Origin: Patescibacteria group bacterium
Lineage (GTDB): Bacteria; Patescibacteriota; Dojkabacteria; J137
DNA length: 64,000 bases
Assembly (NCBI GenBank): GCA_016861265.1
Contig: BOLA01000001.1
Location: forward strand, 139,569 to 203,568
Direction: 5' to 3'
Part shown: piece after piece, positions 1 to 9,376 of the stretch
Layout of the letters: each line of letters opens with the position of its first letter
How positions within the stretch are numbered: position 1 is the stretch's first letter
Program-made: the position numbers and the translations under genes
The notes under the pieces: model-generated
Databases searched by the model: none
Told to the model about the DNA's origin: nothing
Seen by the model: only the letters and a program-made list of their open reading frames with translations

Positions 1-1028
1 CAATAAGTAACGCAGTTGTAGGAAAAGAATTCTCTACACAGGAGGAATTAGATAATGCATTATTAGCCTTGGATGGAACTGAAACCAAATCAAACTTAGG
101 TGCAAATGCAATACTAGGAGTTTCATTAGCCTTTGCAAAAGCAACCGCAGAATCAAAAAAAATGCCTCTGTTTAAATATATTCAGGAATTATACGGAAAT
201 GCTGGACTAAAATTACCAAGACCAATGTTCAATATTATGAATGGTGGTAAACATGCAAACTGGTCTACTGATATTCAAGAATTTATGATTGTAATGCCTA
301 ATGCTGAATATTCAGACCAAGTTAGAATGGCGTGCGAAATTTTTATGAATCTAGAAAAGACGCTAAAGGAGAAGGGATTAAATACTAATATAGGTAACGA
401 AGGAGGATTTGCACCAGGCTTTAAGAGCAATGAAGACGCATTCGAGATGATTGTTTCTGCAGTAGAGAAATCTGGATATAAAATGGGAACTGATGTAATG
501 TTCGCCTTAGATGTTGCATCTAGCGAATTTTATAATGCAGAAACAGGAACATATACACTAAAAACAGAAAATAAAGAGTTAAGCAAAGAAGAATGGATGG
601 CAAAGGTTATGAGTTGGGTTGATACACACCCATTTATAAGTATCGAAGATCCGTTCTCAGAAGATGATTGGGCAAGCTGGTCCGCATTCACCGCAAAAGT
701 TGGTGATAAATTACAAATTGTAGGCGATGACTTATTAGTAACAAATGTAAAAAGAGTTGAAAAAGCGATTGCTGAAAAAGCATGTAATGCCTTATTAGTT
801 AAAGTAAACCAAATAGGTTCCTTAACAGAAACATTAAAAGCAATGAAAATGGCTCAGGATGCAGGCTGGAATAATGTAATGAGCCACAGATCAGGTGAAA
901 CTGAAGATGTAACAATTAGTCATATTGCAGTTGGAACTGCATGTGGACAATTAAAAACAGGAGCACCTTCAAGAGGAGAAAGAACTGCAAAGTACAACGA
1001 AATTATTAGAATTAGTGAGGAAATATAA
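1..1028 (+). CDS. eno: Enolase (5'-truncated by window edge)
   Basis: Motifs LGANAIL, NGGKHA, DIQEFM, EGGFAP, VGDDLLVTN, LVKVNQIG, SHRSGET, RTAKYN; the reading frame is open to the window start. Confidence 0.97.
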   Translation, partial: ISNAVVGKEFSTQEELDNALLALDGTETKSNLGANAILGVSLAFAKATAESKKMPLFKYIQELYGNAGLKLPRPMFNIMNGGKHANWSTDIQEFMIVMPNAEYSDQVRMACEIFMNLEKTLKEKGLNTNIGNEGGFAPGFKSNEDAFEMIVSAVEKSGYKMGTDVMFALDVASSEFYNAETGTYTLKTENKELSKEEWMAKVMSWVDTHPFISIEDPFSEDDWASWSAFTAKVGDKLQIVGDDLLVTNVKRVEKAIAEKACNALLVKVNQIGSLTETLKAMKMAQDAGWNNVMSHRSGETEDVTISHIAVGTACGQLKTGAPSRGERTAKYNEIIRISEEI

Positions 1029-1036
1029 AAACCTTG

Positions 1037-1061
1037 GGTTCGGTCGTCTTACGACCGAACC
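1037..1061. terminator. 11-bp GC hairpin between convergent eno and the small gene
   Basis: ggttcggtcgt-ctt-acgaccgaacc. Confidence 0.75.
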
Positions 1062-1069
1062 TTTGGCTC

Positions 1070-1393
1070 TTACTTAGCAGCGGCAAAGATGAGCGCGGCT
1101 ACAATTATGCAAATTCCCATATAGCGCCAAGTAATAGGCACCACAAGGAACGCATTCCACACATGTTGGAGCAGTCGATTCCACAATATAATCGAGATTC
1201 CAACTGTCCAACTGACTACGACGACAAGAGCGCCGATATTGAATATTTCCGGGATATCCACCTCCAGAATCACAAACAGTAGATAGAGGAGGATAATTAA
1301 CAGCCCACCAATACTTCCCATGAGCATTATGTACCCTGAACGCCCGAAAGCGTCTTCAATATCGTCCGAAACTCTGTCAATCCACTGGAACAT
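1070..1393 (-). CDS. Small GC-rich membrane protein, about 3 TM (cassette A)
   Basis: 107-aa ORF with three hydrophobic stretches; AAGGA/AGGA SD and its own promoter upstream. Confidence 0.75.
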   Translation of the reverse strand: MFQWIDRVSDDIEDAFGRSGYIMLMGSIGGLLIILLYLLFVILEVDIPEIFNIGALVVVVSWTVGISIILWNRLLQHVWNAFLVVPITWRYMGICIIVAALIFAAAK

Positions 1394-1425
1394 TGTCCTA
1401 GTCCTTGTGTAAGAGCACTAAATAC

Positions 1426-1454
1426 AGTATATAACCTATATATAGGAATGTCAA
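1426..1454 (-). promoter_or_regulatory. sigma70-type promoter of cassette A
   Basis: TTGACA-17 bp-TATACT; the spacer contains the palindrome CCTATATATAGG (1435-1446). Confidence 0.8.
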
Positions 1455-1468
1455 CCAGAACTGGTTAC

Positions 1469-2437
1469 TTATAGACTACTGTGTAGAGATATAGTTTTAG
1501 GTTGAGTTACTTGATTAATTGAGTTCTTTACTATTTCTGCTGAAGTTTGTAGAAGAGCCTTTTCTTGTTCATCGAGTCTAACTTCTTTATATATTTCAAC
1601 TCCATTAGAACCTAGTTTTGCCGGAACACCAATTGCGATACTGCTTAGTCCATATTCACCACTTAAAACTACGCTTAATGGCATCACTCTATTTTCGTCT
1701 CTAATTATTGCTCTGCATATTCTTGAAACCGCTGCCCCAATTCCATAATATGTAGCTTTTTTACCCTCAATAATTTTGTATGCCATTTCTCTTACTCTTT
1801 TTGCAACATCATCTCTGTATGTTTGATCAGTATTTACAATGTCGGACAAGGGGACACCGCCAATTGTGGCGCTGCTTAATGCAGGAAAGGAACTATCTCC
1901 ATGTTCACCTAAAATATACGCATGTACATTAATCGGGTTAATATTCAGATCTTCATGAATTAACCCTCTTAACCTAGCTGTATCTAAGAAAGTCCCGCTT
2001 CCAAAAACCATTCCTTGTGGTAAGCCCGATTCTGTTGCTGCAATATATGTAAGTACATCAACAGGATTAGTTACCATTAAAATAAAGACTGATTTATTCA
2101 CTTCTTTTATTTTAGAAACTATATCTCTAATAATCTTTACATTTATATTCAACAAATCTAGCCTAGTTTGGCCATCTTTTTGCGCAGCACCTGCGGTTAC
2201 TACAATAATATCTCCATCTATTAAATCTGAATAAGTTGCATACTTTACTTCTACTCCATTTGTAAAGTTAGCTGCATCGTGCATGTCCAAAACATTAGCT
2301 TTTGCCAAACCTTCAGCAATATCAATTAGTAATACCTCTTTTGCAACTTCTTGTAAAACCATAGCATACGCAGCGGAAGAGCCAACCATACCTGTACCTA
2401 CCACGACTACTCTTCCCGATGGACTCACTTTTTCCAT
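1469..2437 (-). CDS. ldh: L-lactate dehydrogenase
   Basis: GTGMVG Rossmann motif, TAGAAQKDGQTRLDL (Gln specificity residue of LDH), TNPVD, LDTARL, GEHGDS, TYYGIG. Confidence 0.93.
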   Translation of the reverse strand: MEKVSPSGRVVVVGTGMVGSSAAYAMVLQEVAKEVLLIDIAEGLAKANVLDMHDAANFTNGVEVKYATYSDLIDGDIIVVTAGAAQKDGQTRLDLLNINVKIIRDIVSKIKEVNKSVFILMVTNPVDVLTYIAATESGLPQGMVFGSGTFLDTARLRGLIHEDLNINPINVHAYILGEHGDSSFPALSSATIGGVPLSDIVNTDQTYRDDVAKRVREMAYKIIEGKKATYYGIGAAVSRICRAIIRDENRVMPLSVVLSGEYGLSSIAIGVPAKLGSNGVEIYKEVRLDEQEKALLQTSAEIVKNSINQVTQPKTISLHSSL

Positions 2438-2459
2438 ATATATTTTGATAATTAGTTAA

Positions 2460-3530
2460 TTAAGCTAATGTAACCTCGTTACACAAATAAACATCCTGTA
2501 CTGTTTGTAATAATTGCACTCCTTCTGACATAGGTCTTTGGAACGCCTTTCTTCCCATAATTAAACCGGAACCACCTGCTCTCTTATTTATTACTGCTGT
2601 CATAACGGCTTCCTTTAAATCATTTTCCCCGCTTGCTCCACCGGAACTAATTAATGGAATTTTACCCATATAACAATTTGCTACCTGATATTTAGTTAAG
2701 TCAATTGGGTGTTCAGTGGTTAGATCTGAATAAATTCTGTCATCGAGTTTGCCATAACTAGATGTACCAGTATTCATTGCTTTGTAGCCCGCATTGTTTT
2801 CTGGTAATTTTTGTTTAATAATATCTGCTTCAATTGTTACACCTAAGTGATTTGCCTGACCAGTGATGTCAGCGGAAGCTTCGTAGTTAACTCCATTAAC
2901 ACTAAATCCGGAATTTCGAACATAGCACCATAAAATAGTAAACATTCCTAATCGGTGAGCCTCAGCAAAAGCCTTAGAGACTTCCATTAATTGTCTATTC
3001 GACTCTGGAGACCCAAAGTACACTGTTGCTCCAATTCCAATAGCTCCCATATCAAATGCCTGCTGAACTTGTCCAAACATAATTTGATCATGCTTATTAG
3101 GATAAGTTAATAGTTCATTGTGATTAAGTTTTACAATAAATGGAATTTTATCTGCGTATTTTTTACTATTAAGACCAAGAACTCCCAAAGTGGATGCAAC
3201 ACCACTGCAATTTGCCTCTAATGCAAGTTTTATTATATTTTCTGGGTCAAAGTACATTGGATTCTTTGCAAAACTTGCACCGGCAGAATGCTCTATACCT
3301 TGATCTACAGGAAGAATGGATAAATATCCTGTATTCCCTAATCTACCAGCGGTATACAGTCTTTTTAAATTTTCGAGTACCTTAGCATTTCTATCGGAAT
3401 TTACCATAACATCCTCAATCCAAGTTGGCTTGGGACTATAAAAGTTCTGTCCCGCAAAAGTTCCAGACTTATGATTTAATAAGTATTCCGCCTTATCTGC
3501 CAGGATATTTTGTATCTCTGAATAATTCAT
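2460..3530 (-). CDS. fbaB: Class I fructose-bisphosphate aldolase (DhnA/FbaB type)
   Basis: [38 protein letters not shown] (Schiff-base Lys), INKRAGG. Confidence 0.95.
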   Translation of the reverse strand: MNYSEIQNILADKAEYLLNHKSGTFAGQNFYSPKPTWIEDVMVNSDRNAKVLENLKRLYTAGRLGNTGYLSILPVDQGIEHSAGASFAKNPMYFDPENIIKLALEANCSGVASTLGVLGLNSKKYADKIPFIVKLNHNELLTYPNKHDQIMFGQVQQAFDMGAIGIGATVYFGSPESNRQLMEVSKAFAEAHRLGMFTILWCYVRNSGFSVNGVNYEASADITGQANHLGVTIEADIIKQKLPENNAGYKAMNTGTSSYGKLDDRIYSDLTTEHPIDLTKYQVANCYMGKIPLISSGGASGENDLKEAVMTAVINKRAGGSGLIMGRKAFQRPMSEGVQLLQTVQDVYLCNEVTLA

Positions 3531-3572
3531 ACTTTTATTTTAAAAATTGTAACAATATATATCATTCTACAT

Positions 3573-4238
3573 TTATGCGAATGGTTGAACAAGTTCATCT
3601 AATTTAGCCTTAGGATCTAAAGCCTTTACAAATGCCGAGGCAAGCAACACCCCTTCTGCCCCAAGTTCAACTGCTTTGTTAATATCATCACCATTTGAAA
3701 CTCCGGCACCGATTAAAATATTTTTTTGAGTTGGAATAGCTTTAACAAATTCCGAAACCGACTCAGGTCTTGTAGTCACGCTAATTCCACTACCTATTAA
3801 ATCTTTTGGTTCATAAGCTATAGCGAATGGATTTGCAGCGGTGAGCTTCACGGCCTCCTGGGTATTTTCGCAGCAAACAATCAACTTTACACCTTTAGAT
3901 TGTATTGTTTTAATATCCTCTAAAATTGAGTCTGAATACATTCTGTGTTCACTGTGATTGTACAAAGCATACTCTACTCCATAAGATAAAAGTGTTTCGA
4001 CTGGAACCCATCCTGTTGAAGATCCTTGAACTTTATTATCCACATTTTGTGCTGCAATAATTAAATCAGGATAATTTTGTTTAGCCCAAAATAAATCTGT
4101 TTGGGCTACTGCAACAATAATTCTATCTCTTATTTTTTCAATCTTTGTATTTGCTACATATTCACTAACAATATCTAAAAGTTTTTTGCAATTTAACCCT
4201 GTAGATTCGGAGTAGGTTTTTAAATTTAGAACTAACAT
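3573..4238 (-). CDS. tpiA: Triosephosphate isomerase (short archaeal-type)
   Basis: LNLKTY, NHSEHR, AYEPKDLIGSG, GAEGVLLASA; 221 aa. Confidence 0.93.
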   Translation of the reverse strand: MLVLNLKTYSESTGLNCKKLLDIVSEYVANTKIEKIRDRIIVAVAQTDLFWAKQNYPDLIIAAQNVDNKVQGSSTGWVPVETLLSYGVEYALYNHSEHRMYSDSILEDIKTIQSKGVKLIVCCENTQEAVKLTAANPFAIAYEPKDLIGSGISVTTRPESVSEFVKAIPTQKNILIGAGVSNGDDINKAVELGAEGVLLASAFVKALDPKAKLDELVQPFA

Positions 4239-4408
4239 TTTTTATAATTAATATATATCTGGTATAACGTAAATTATTTATACAGCTCAATTTACCATAC
4301 TGGGTACTTTAGTCAAGCATGGTAATTCTTGACCGTTATGCTCAAATAGTTTTAGAATGAATTGTTTTAATCACATTTGTGATTCACTTTAACTATTAAC
4401 TAAATAAT

Positions 4409-5434
4409 ATGGCAGTAAGAGTTGCTATAAATGGATTCGGAAGAATCGGGAGACTTGTTTACCGAGCATTACTTGAAAGAAATATGCTAGACGGCGAAGT
4501 AGAGGTTGTTGTTGTTAACGACCTAGTTCCTGCCGAGAACCTTGCGTATTTACTAAAATACGATACTACTCACGGTAAATTACCTTACGATGTAAAAGCA
4601 ATTGATGAAAATACAATTCAAGTTGGAGAAAGAACACTAAAGACCATCGCTATGAAGGTTACTCCTGCAGAGTTACCTTGGAAAGATTACAACATTGATG
4701 TAGTTATTGAATCAACAGGATTTTTTACAAAGAAGGCAGATGCAATGGGGCATATTACGGCTGGAGCCAAGAAAGTTATTATCTCAGCACCATCCGATGA
4801 AGATGTTAAGACAATATTGGTAGGGGTCAACAATGATCAGTATATGGGGGAAGATTTAGTTTCGAATGCCAGCTGTACAACAAACTGTTTAGCACCAATA
4901 ATACATGTATTATTAAAAGAAGGAATTGGCGTAGAAGAAGGCCTAATGACTACTGCCCATGCATATACAGCAACACAAGTAACAATGGACGGTCCTTCGA
5001 GAAAAGCATTCAGAGATGGAAGAGCTGCAGCAATGAACATTATTCCTGCAAGTACAGGAGCAGCAAAGGCCATAGGTTTAGTACTGCCTGAGGTTAAGGG
5101 CAAGCTAACTGGCATGTCCTTAAGAGTTCCTGTTGCCGATGTTTCAATTGTTGATCTGACTTTTAAACCAACAAGAGACACTTCCTTGGAAGAAATAAAT
5201 GCAGCAATGAAAAAGGCAAGCGAAACATATTTAAAAGGGATATTAAATTACTCAGAAGAACCTCTTGTATCTTCAGATTTAATTCATGATCCGCATTCAA
5301 GTACATACGATGCTACTGCTTCGATTCAGTTAAATCCTAGATTTTTTAAGCTTATGGCATGGTACGATAATGAATGGGGATTTTCCAATAGAATGGCTGA
5401 ACTGTTAAAAATTGTTGCCGATAAAATGCAATAA
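4409..5434 (+). CDS. gap: Glyceraldehyde-3-phosphate dehydrogenase type I
   Basis: INGFGRIGR, SNASCTTNCLAP, STGAAKA, WYDNEWG. Confidence 0.98.
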   Translation: MAVRVAINGFGRIGRLVYRALLERNMLDGEVEVVVVNDLVPAENLAYLLKYDTTHGKLPYDVKAIDENTIQVGERTLKTIAMKVTPAELPWKDYNIDVVIESTGFFTKKADAMGHITAGAKKVIISAPSDEDVKTILVGVNNDQYMGEDLVSNASCTTNCLAPIIHVLLKEGIGVEEGLMTTAHAYTATQVTMDGPSRKAFRDGRAAAMNIIPASTGAAKAIGLVLPEVKGKLTGMSLRVPVADVSIVDLTFKPTRDTSLEEINAAMKKASETYLKGILNYSEEPLVSSDLIHDPHSSTYDATASIQLNPRFFKLMAWYDNEWGFSNRMAELLKIVADKMQ

Positions 5435-5452
5435 AAAATATATAGATACTAT

Positions 5453-5471
5453 AGGGCGCCTACGGCGCCCT
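5453..5471 (+). terminator. Intrinsic terminator after gap
   Basis: agggcgcc-tac-ggcgccct followed by T-rich tract. Confidence 0.75.
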
Positions 5472-5516
5472 TTCTGTTATAATTATCAATCTTCCGCAAT
5501 GTAGCAAGGATGTAGC

Positions 5517-5636
5517 ATGATTAAGAAGATACTTATAATTGTGGTAGGAATATTACTGGCAGTAGTTTTGGCTGTTGCCGTAATTTCCACAATACAGCAC
5601 TATGGTTACTTTCCTGTAAACTGGTGGCTGCGCTAA
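5517..5636 (+). CDS. 39-aa single-TM microprotein (cassette B), not in the supplied ORF track
   Basis: MIKKILIIVVGILLAVVLAVAVISTIQHYGYFPVNWWLR*; TGtTATAAT at 5475-5483, AAGGA at 5506-5510, GC hairpin directly after the stop. Confidence 0.7.
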   Translation: MIKKILIIVVGILLAVVLAVAVISTIQHYGYFPVNWWLR

Positions 5637-5637
5637 C

Positions 5638-5663
5638 ACGAGCCCGGGAACTCCCGGGCTCGT
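5638..5663. terminator. GC-rich hairpin after the microprotein
   Basis: acgagcccggga-ac-tcccgggctcgt; no U-tract on the + strand. Confidence 0.6.
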
Positions 5664-5755
5664 AAAAATATTAATCAATAACGATTATTTAATCCAAGTT
5701 GTTAAGCTTAATCTGAGTATAGTATTATTTAAAAAGATAATTCTTATATACAAAT

Positions 5756-6976
5756 ATGTACAAAGTTAACACTGATCTAAATAAGTTTTCCTATAAAAAT
5801 ATTGATTTAGCTAATGCGAGAGTAATTGTACGAACATGTTTAAATGTTTCGGTGGATTCTAATGGTAAGGTTACCGATGCTACAAGGCTCTATGAATCAT
5901 TACCATTAATAAAAGATTTAGCCTTAAATGCCCAAAACGTGATTTTAACTGCTCACCTTGGCAGACCAGAACAACGGGAAAGAAAATCATCCTTCTGGAA
6001 TGTAGCTGAAATGCTTAGTCAATCATTACGAGAAAATCACATTGAAGTTATTCTTGTTGATGACTTAACAAATGAATGGATAGATAAAATGACTCATAAT
6101 ATAAATTCTTCAGAGAGTAAGAAAGTATATCTTCTGGAAAATATTAGATTTTTTGAAGGTGAAGAATCAAAGGATAAGACAGAGAGAATGATGTTTGCGA
6201 AAAAGCTTTCTATGTTAGCCGACTACTTTATTAACGATGCATTTGCTGATTATAGAGAATCTGCTTCTACATACGATATAGCAACACTTTTACCAAGTTA
6301 TCTAGGTCCAGTATTTTTAAAAGAGGTCGAGGCACTATCTATGTTTAATAACGTTGATATTCTTGTTTCGGTACTGGGTGGAGCAAAACTATCGGAAAAA
6401 TTAGATGCACTTAACTCACTTGCAGAGATATCAGAAAAAGTCGTAGTAGGCGGAGCCATGGCCTATACATTGCTTAAAGCAATGGGGATAAATGTAGGCA
6501 AGTCATTAATAGAGGAAGATAAACTTGATGTAGCAAAAGAGGTAATACAAAAATATGGCGACAAACTCGTATTGCCAGTTGATCATGTTGTTGCAAATGA
6601 ATTTACAGAAGAAGCTGCAAGATCAGCTTACAATACTAGTGATCAATCAATTCCGGAAGATACGATTGCAATAGATATAGGGTGGAGAACAATTAAACTA
6701 TTTGAAGAAACTATTGTTTTGGGTAATTACGTTTTATGGAATGGACCTATGGGGGTATTTGAATGGGATAAGTCTTCTAAAGGAACATTATCTATAGGCA
6801 AAGCAATTGAAAAGAATGGTCCTGCCTATAAATTGGCTGGAGGTGGAGATTCTATTGCAGCAATAAATAAGCTGCAGCTAAAGGGATTTAACCATATTTC
6901 TACCGGAGGAGGTGCAATGCTTTCGTTTTTAGCGTATGAGAAATTTCCAACTCTTGATGTGATTATAAATAGATAA
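5756..6976 (+). CDS. pgk: Phosphoglycerate kinase (divergent)
   Basis: AHLGRP, LLENIRF, LGGAK, WNGPMGVFE, GGGDS, HISTGGGA. Confidence 0.93.
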   Translation: MYKVNTDLNKFSYKNIDLANARVIVRTCLNVSVDSNGKVTDATRLYESLPLIKDLALNAQNVILTAHLGRPEQRERKSSFWNVAEMLSQSLRENHIEVILVDDLTNEWIDKMTHNINSSESKKVYLLENIRFFEGEESKDKTERMMFAKKLSMLADYFINDAFADYRESASTYDIATLLPSYLGPVFLKEVEALSMFNNVDILVSVLGGAKLSEKLDALNSLAEISEKVVVGGAMAYTLLKAMGINVGKSLIEEDKLDVAKEVIQKYGDKLVLPVDHVVANEFTEEAARSAYNTSDQSIPEDTIAIDIGWRTIKLFEETIVLGNYVLWNGPMGVFEWDKSSKGTLSIGKAIEKNGPAYKLAGGGDSIAAINKLQLKGFNHISTGGGAMLSFLAYEKFPTLDVIINR

Positions 6977-6981
6977 ACGAA

Positions 6982-7001
6982 AGGGCGGTTTTACCCGCCC
7001 T
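6982..7001. terminator. Hairpin between convergent pgk and cassette C
   Basis: agggcgg-ttttac-ccgccct. Confidence 0.65.
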
Positions 7002-7027
7002 CGATGAAATGGGACAACTATTGCCTA

Positions 7028-7408
7028 CTAGGCGACAACAATAATGATTCGCCGCTCGAAGTCCACTTCGAACTCGCCTTTGAACCCAGCCTGCTTCAGA
7101 ATACTGTGCAGTGCCGTTGTCGAGTTGGGGTCAATATGGCGATATGAGGTCAGTCCTTCATACTCATTCTTCGGGATTTCAATAATCAGTCCCTTAGGAC
7201 CTTTCCCGAGTTTGAGGTAGTAGCGTTTGCTTTCGATGCTCATGGCAAACCCTAAGAGAATCATAACACTACCTGCAATCCACACAGGGATGGACTGAAT
7301 CGACAGAGTGGCTGTAGGACAGAGAATCTGCAAGAGAATAAATAAAACTCCCACGGACGCTACTACCCCAACAGCGTTCTGTTTACCAATACTCAATAAG
7401 CTAGCCAT
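7028..7408 (-). CDS. Small GC-rich membrane protein, 2 TM plus soluble tail (cassette C); start re-assigned to ATG at 7408
   Basis: GGTGAGGA SD precedes ATG of MASLLSIG; the promoter lies inside the longer ORF call. Confidence 0.75.
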   Translation of the reverse strand: MASLLSIGKQNAVGVVASVGVLFILLQILCPTATLSIQSIPVWIAGSVMILLGFAMSIESKRYYLKLGKGPKGLIIEIPKNEYEGLTSYRHIDPNSTTALHSILKQAGFKGEFEVDFERRIIIVVA

Positions 7409-7432
7409 TTCAAAGATCCTCACCAAAATCGG

Positions 7433-7473
7433 ATAGATATATCTATTATATACCCTTCCTGGAGTTTTTGCAA
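7433..7473 (-). promoter_or_regulatory. sigma70-type promoter of cassette C with palindrome at the start site
   Basis: TTGCAA-17 bp-TATAAT, overlapped by the 14-bp palindrome ATAGATATATCTAT (7433-7446). Confidence 0.8.
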
Positions 7474-7478
7474 TAAAT

Positions 7479-7504
7479 AAAAAAGGCTCCACAGGAGCCT
7501 TTTT
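7479..7504 (-). terminator. Bidirectional-type intrinsic terminator
   Basis: aaaaaaggctcc-aca-ggagccttttt. Confidence 0.75.
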
Positions 7505-7521
7505 AAATTCAAATTGATTAT

Positions 7522-8091
7522 TTACTTTCGAGTACTTCTTTCTATAAGTCCTCCTAGAATCATTAATCCTAATGAAAATACCAACACCCAGAATATTAGG
7601 CTTGTCATTTGATTATATGCATTAGATGCCTGGTAGAATCTAACAAAGCTCATTCTTATTTCACAGAGTGCAGTACCAAAATTAGTCATTGCGCCTAATG
7701 TATGTACAACAATAGACGTAACAGAATTAATTATGAACAAAGGTAGTGCCAAACCAAAAATAGTATTTAATCCCGCTAATAACGAATAGTTATGTATTGC
7801 TTTATTAGCCATTAGTCTGGAAGATTTTACAAGATAATCATAAATTGTACTCACAGCCCAGACAATAACAAAAAAACCGTAAACCGCAATTAACACTCTT
7901 AAAAAATTCGAATCTCTTCGTAGTAGGGGTAAGAATACAAAGAAGGCCAGTGTAAAGAATACAAGGCTTACTACACTTTCTAAAACTATATACTCACTGC
8001 CTCTTCTAGTAAGCATTCGCTTTGCTCTTGTACGCACAGCCAAAGTATTTTTAACGGATTTTATAGGATTTGCCATACTATTAAATAACAA
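7522..8091 (-). CDS. Hypothetical membrane protein, about 4 TM
   Basis: Four hydrophobic segments; directly downstream of pfkA; start may be the Met at 8076. Confidence 0.75.
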   Translation of the reverse strand: MLFNSMANPIKSVKNTLAVRTRAKRMLTRRGSEYIVLESVVSLVFFTLAFFVFLPLLRRDSNFLRVLIAVYGFFVIVWAVSTIYDYLVKSSRLMANKAIHNYSLLAGLNTIFGLALPLFIINSVTSIVVHTLGAMTNFGTALCEIRMSFVRFYQASNAYNQMTSLIFWVLVFSLGLMILGGLIERSTRK

Positions 8092-8118
8092 AATAAATAT
8101 TATTAGTTTATCAAAATT

Positions 8119-9207
8119 TTAACTGCCGAAAAATACCCCTATCCTTTTTGCTGTGTGAACCTCCAAACAATCTGGAGTTACCAATTTTAATTGTGCTACT
8201 GCTTCGGCAATAGGGACTAATACAATTTTCCCATCTCTAATACTTACCATTTTTCCGTAATCGCCATTAACGGCAGCCTCCATAGCAGCAACACCGTATT
8301 GTTTTGCTAGTATTCTATCTTCTGAATTTGGTGTTCCTCCTCTTTGAACATGACCAAGAACAGTGTTTCTTAGCTCGAATTCACCAGGCGCCATCTTTTC
8401 GATGTTATGAATAATCGTATTTGAAATTCCTCCTAATTTTATTTCTTGTTTTTGAGTACTCTCCGCTGGTTCTAGGGTAACAAAGAATCCCTCTTTAGAA
8501 GTAGCTCCTTCTGCAACTACAACTACACTCGATCTGTAACCGGTTTCCTTTCTCATTCTTAAAAACTCTACAATTTTCTTATAATCAAAAGGCATCTCAG
8601 GAAGTAATATCATGTCTGCACCACCAGCTAAGCCGGAATTTAATGCAATCCAACCGGCATGTCTGCCCATAACTTCAACAAAGATTACCCGGTCGTGACT
8701 TGTAGCAGTTGTATGAGTTCTATCCAGAGCTTCGGTCGCTATATCCACTGCAGTAGAGAATCCAAAGGTTTTGTCTGTACTTTTTAAATCATTATCGATT
8801 GTTTTAGGTACGCCCACTATATTGACTCCCTTATCTGCTAACTGAAGTGCACCGCTTAATGTACCGTCTCCACCAATAACTATTAGAGCCTCTACTCCAA
8901 CTTTTTCTAGGTTTGCCTTTGCTTGATTTAAAATCTCATCATCAATTTTATTTTTATCTCCAGCACCTACTTTTGCTGCAAATCTGCCTTTATTGACTGT
9001 ACCTAATATAGTTCCACCCACGTGACTTATTCCTCTCACAGCTTTTTGATCTAGAGTTCGGTAAAGCATAGGACTTAAGACGCCTTCCCAGCCTTTTTCA
9101 AAACCAATAAATTCATGACCATCGTGCACTCCCGACTTAACTATTGACGAAATTACTGCGTTCAATGGCTGAACATCTCCTCCCCCATTAAGAATACCTA
9201 TCTTCAT
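8119..9207 (-). CDS. pfkA: 6-phosphofructokinase (PfkA family, group III-like)
   Basis: GGGD, GGTILGT, IGGDGT, PKTIDND, EVMGRHAGW, VVAEG, LGHVQRGG. Confidence 0.95.
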   Translation of the reverse strand: MKIGILNGGGDVQPLNAVISSIVKSGVHDGHEFIGFEKGWEGVLSPMLYRTLDQKAVRGISHVGGTILGTVNKGRFAAKVGAGDKNKIDDEILNQAKANLEKVGVEALIVIGGDGTLSGALQLADKGVNIVGVPKTIDNDLKSTDKTFGFSTAVDIATEALDRTHTTATSHDRVIFVEVMGRHAGWIALNSGLAGGADMILLPEMPFDYKKIVEFLRMRKETGYRSSVVVVAEGATSKEGFFVTLEPAESTQKQEIKLGGISNTIIHNIEKMAPGEFELRNTVLGHVQRGGTPNSEDRILAKQYGVAAMEAAVNGDYGKMVSIRDGKIVLVPIAEAVAQLKLVTPDCLEVHTAKRIGVFFGS

Positions 9208-9376
9208 ATTCCAAGCTTAAAAAATAAATTGTAAGCTTTAAGATACTAAGTTTTTTACGATAATATAATGCGTACAAAACTTAATACTCAAAGCCTATTT
9301 CTAAAATAATACCAGATATATTATGTTAAATATACTCTTATGCTATATTTAGTCGTGTAAATTTTAAAATAGAAAA

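Noticed and set aside
1034-1282. Plus-strand 82-aa ORF
   Set aside because: Antisense shadow of cassette A; starts inside the terminator hairpin and has no expression signals.
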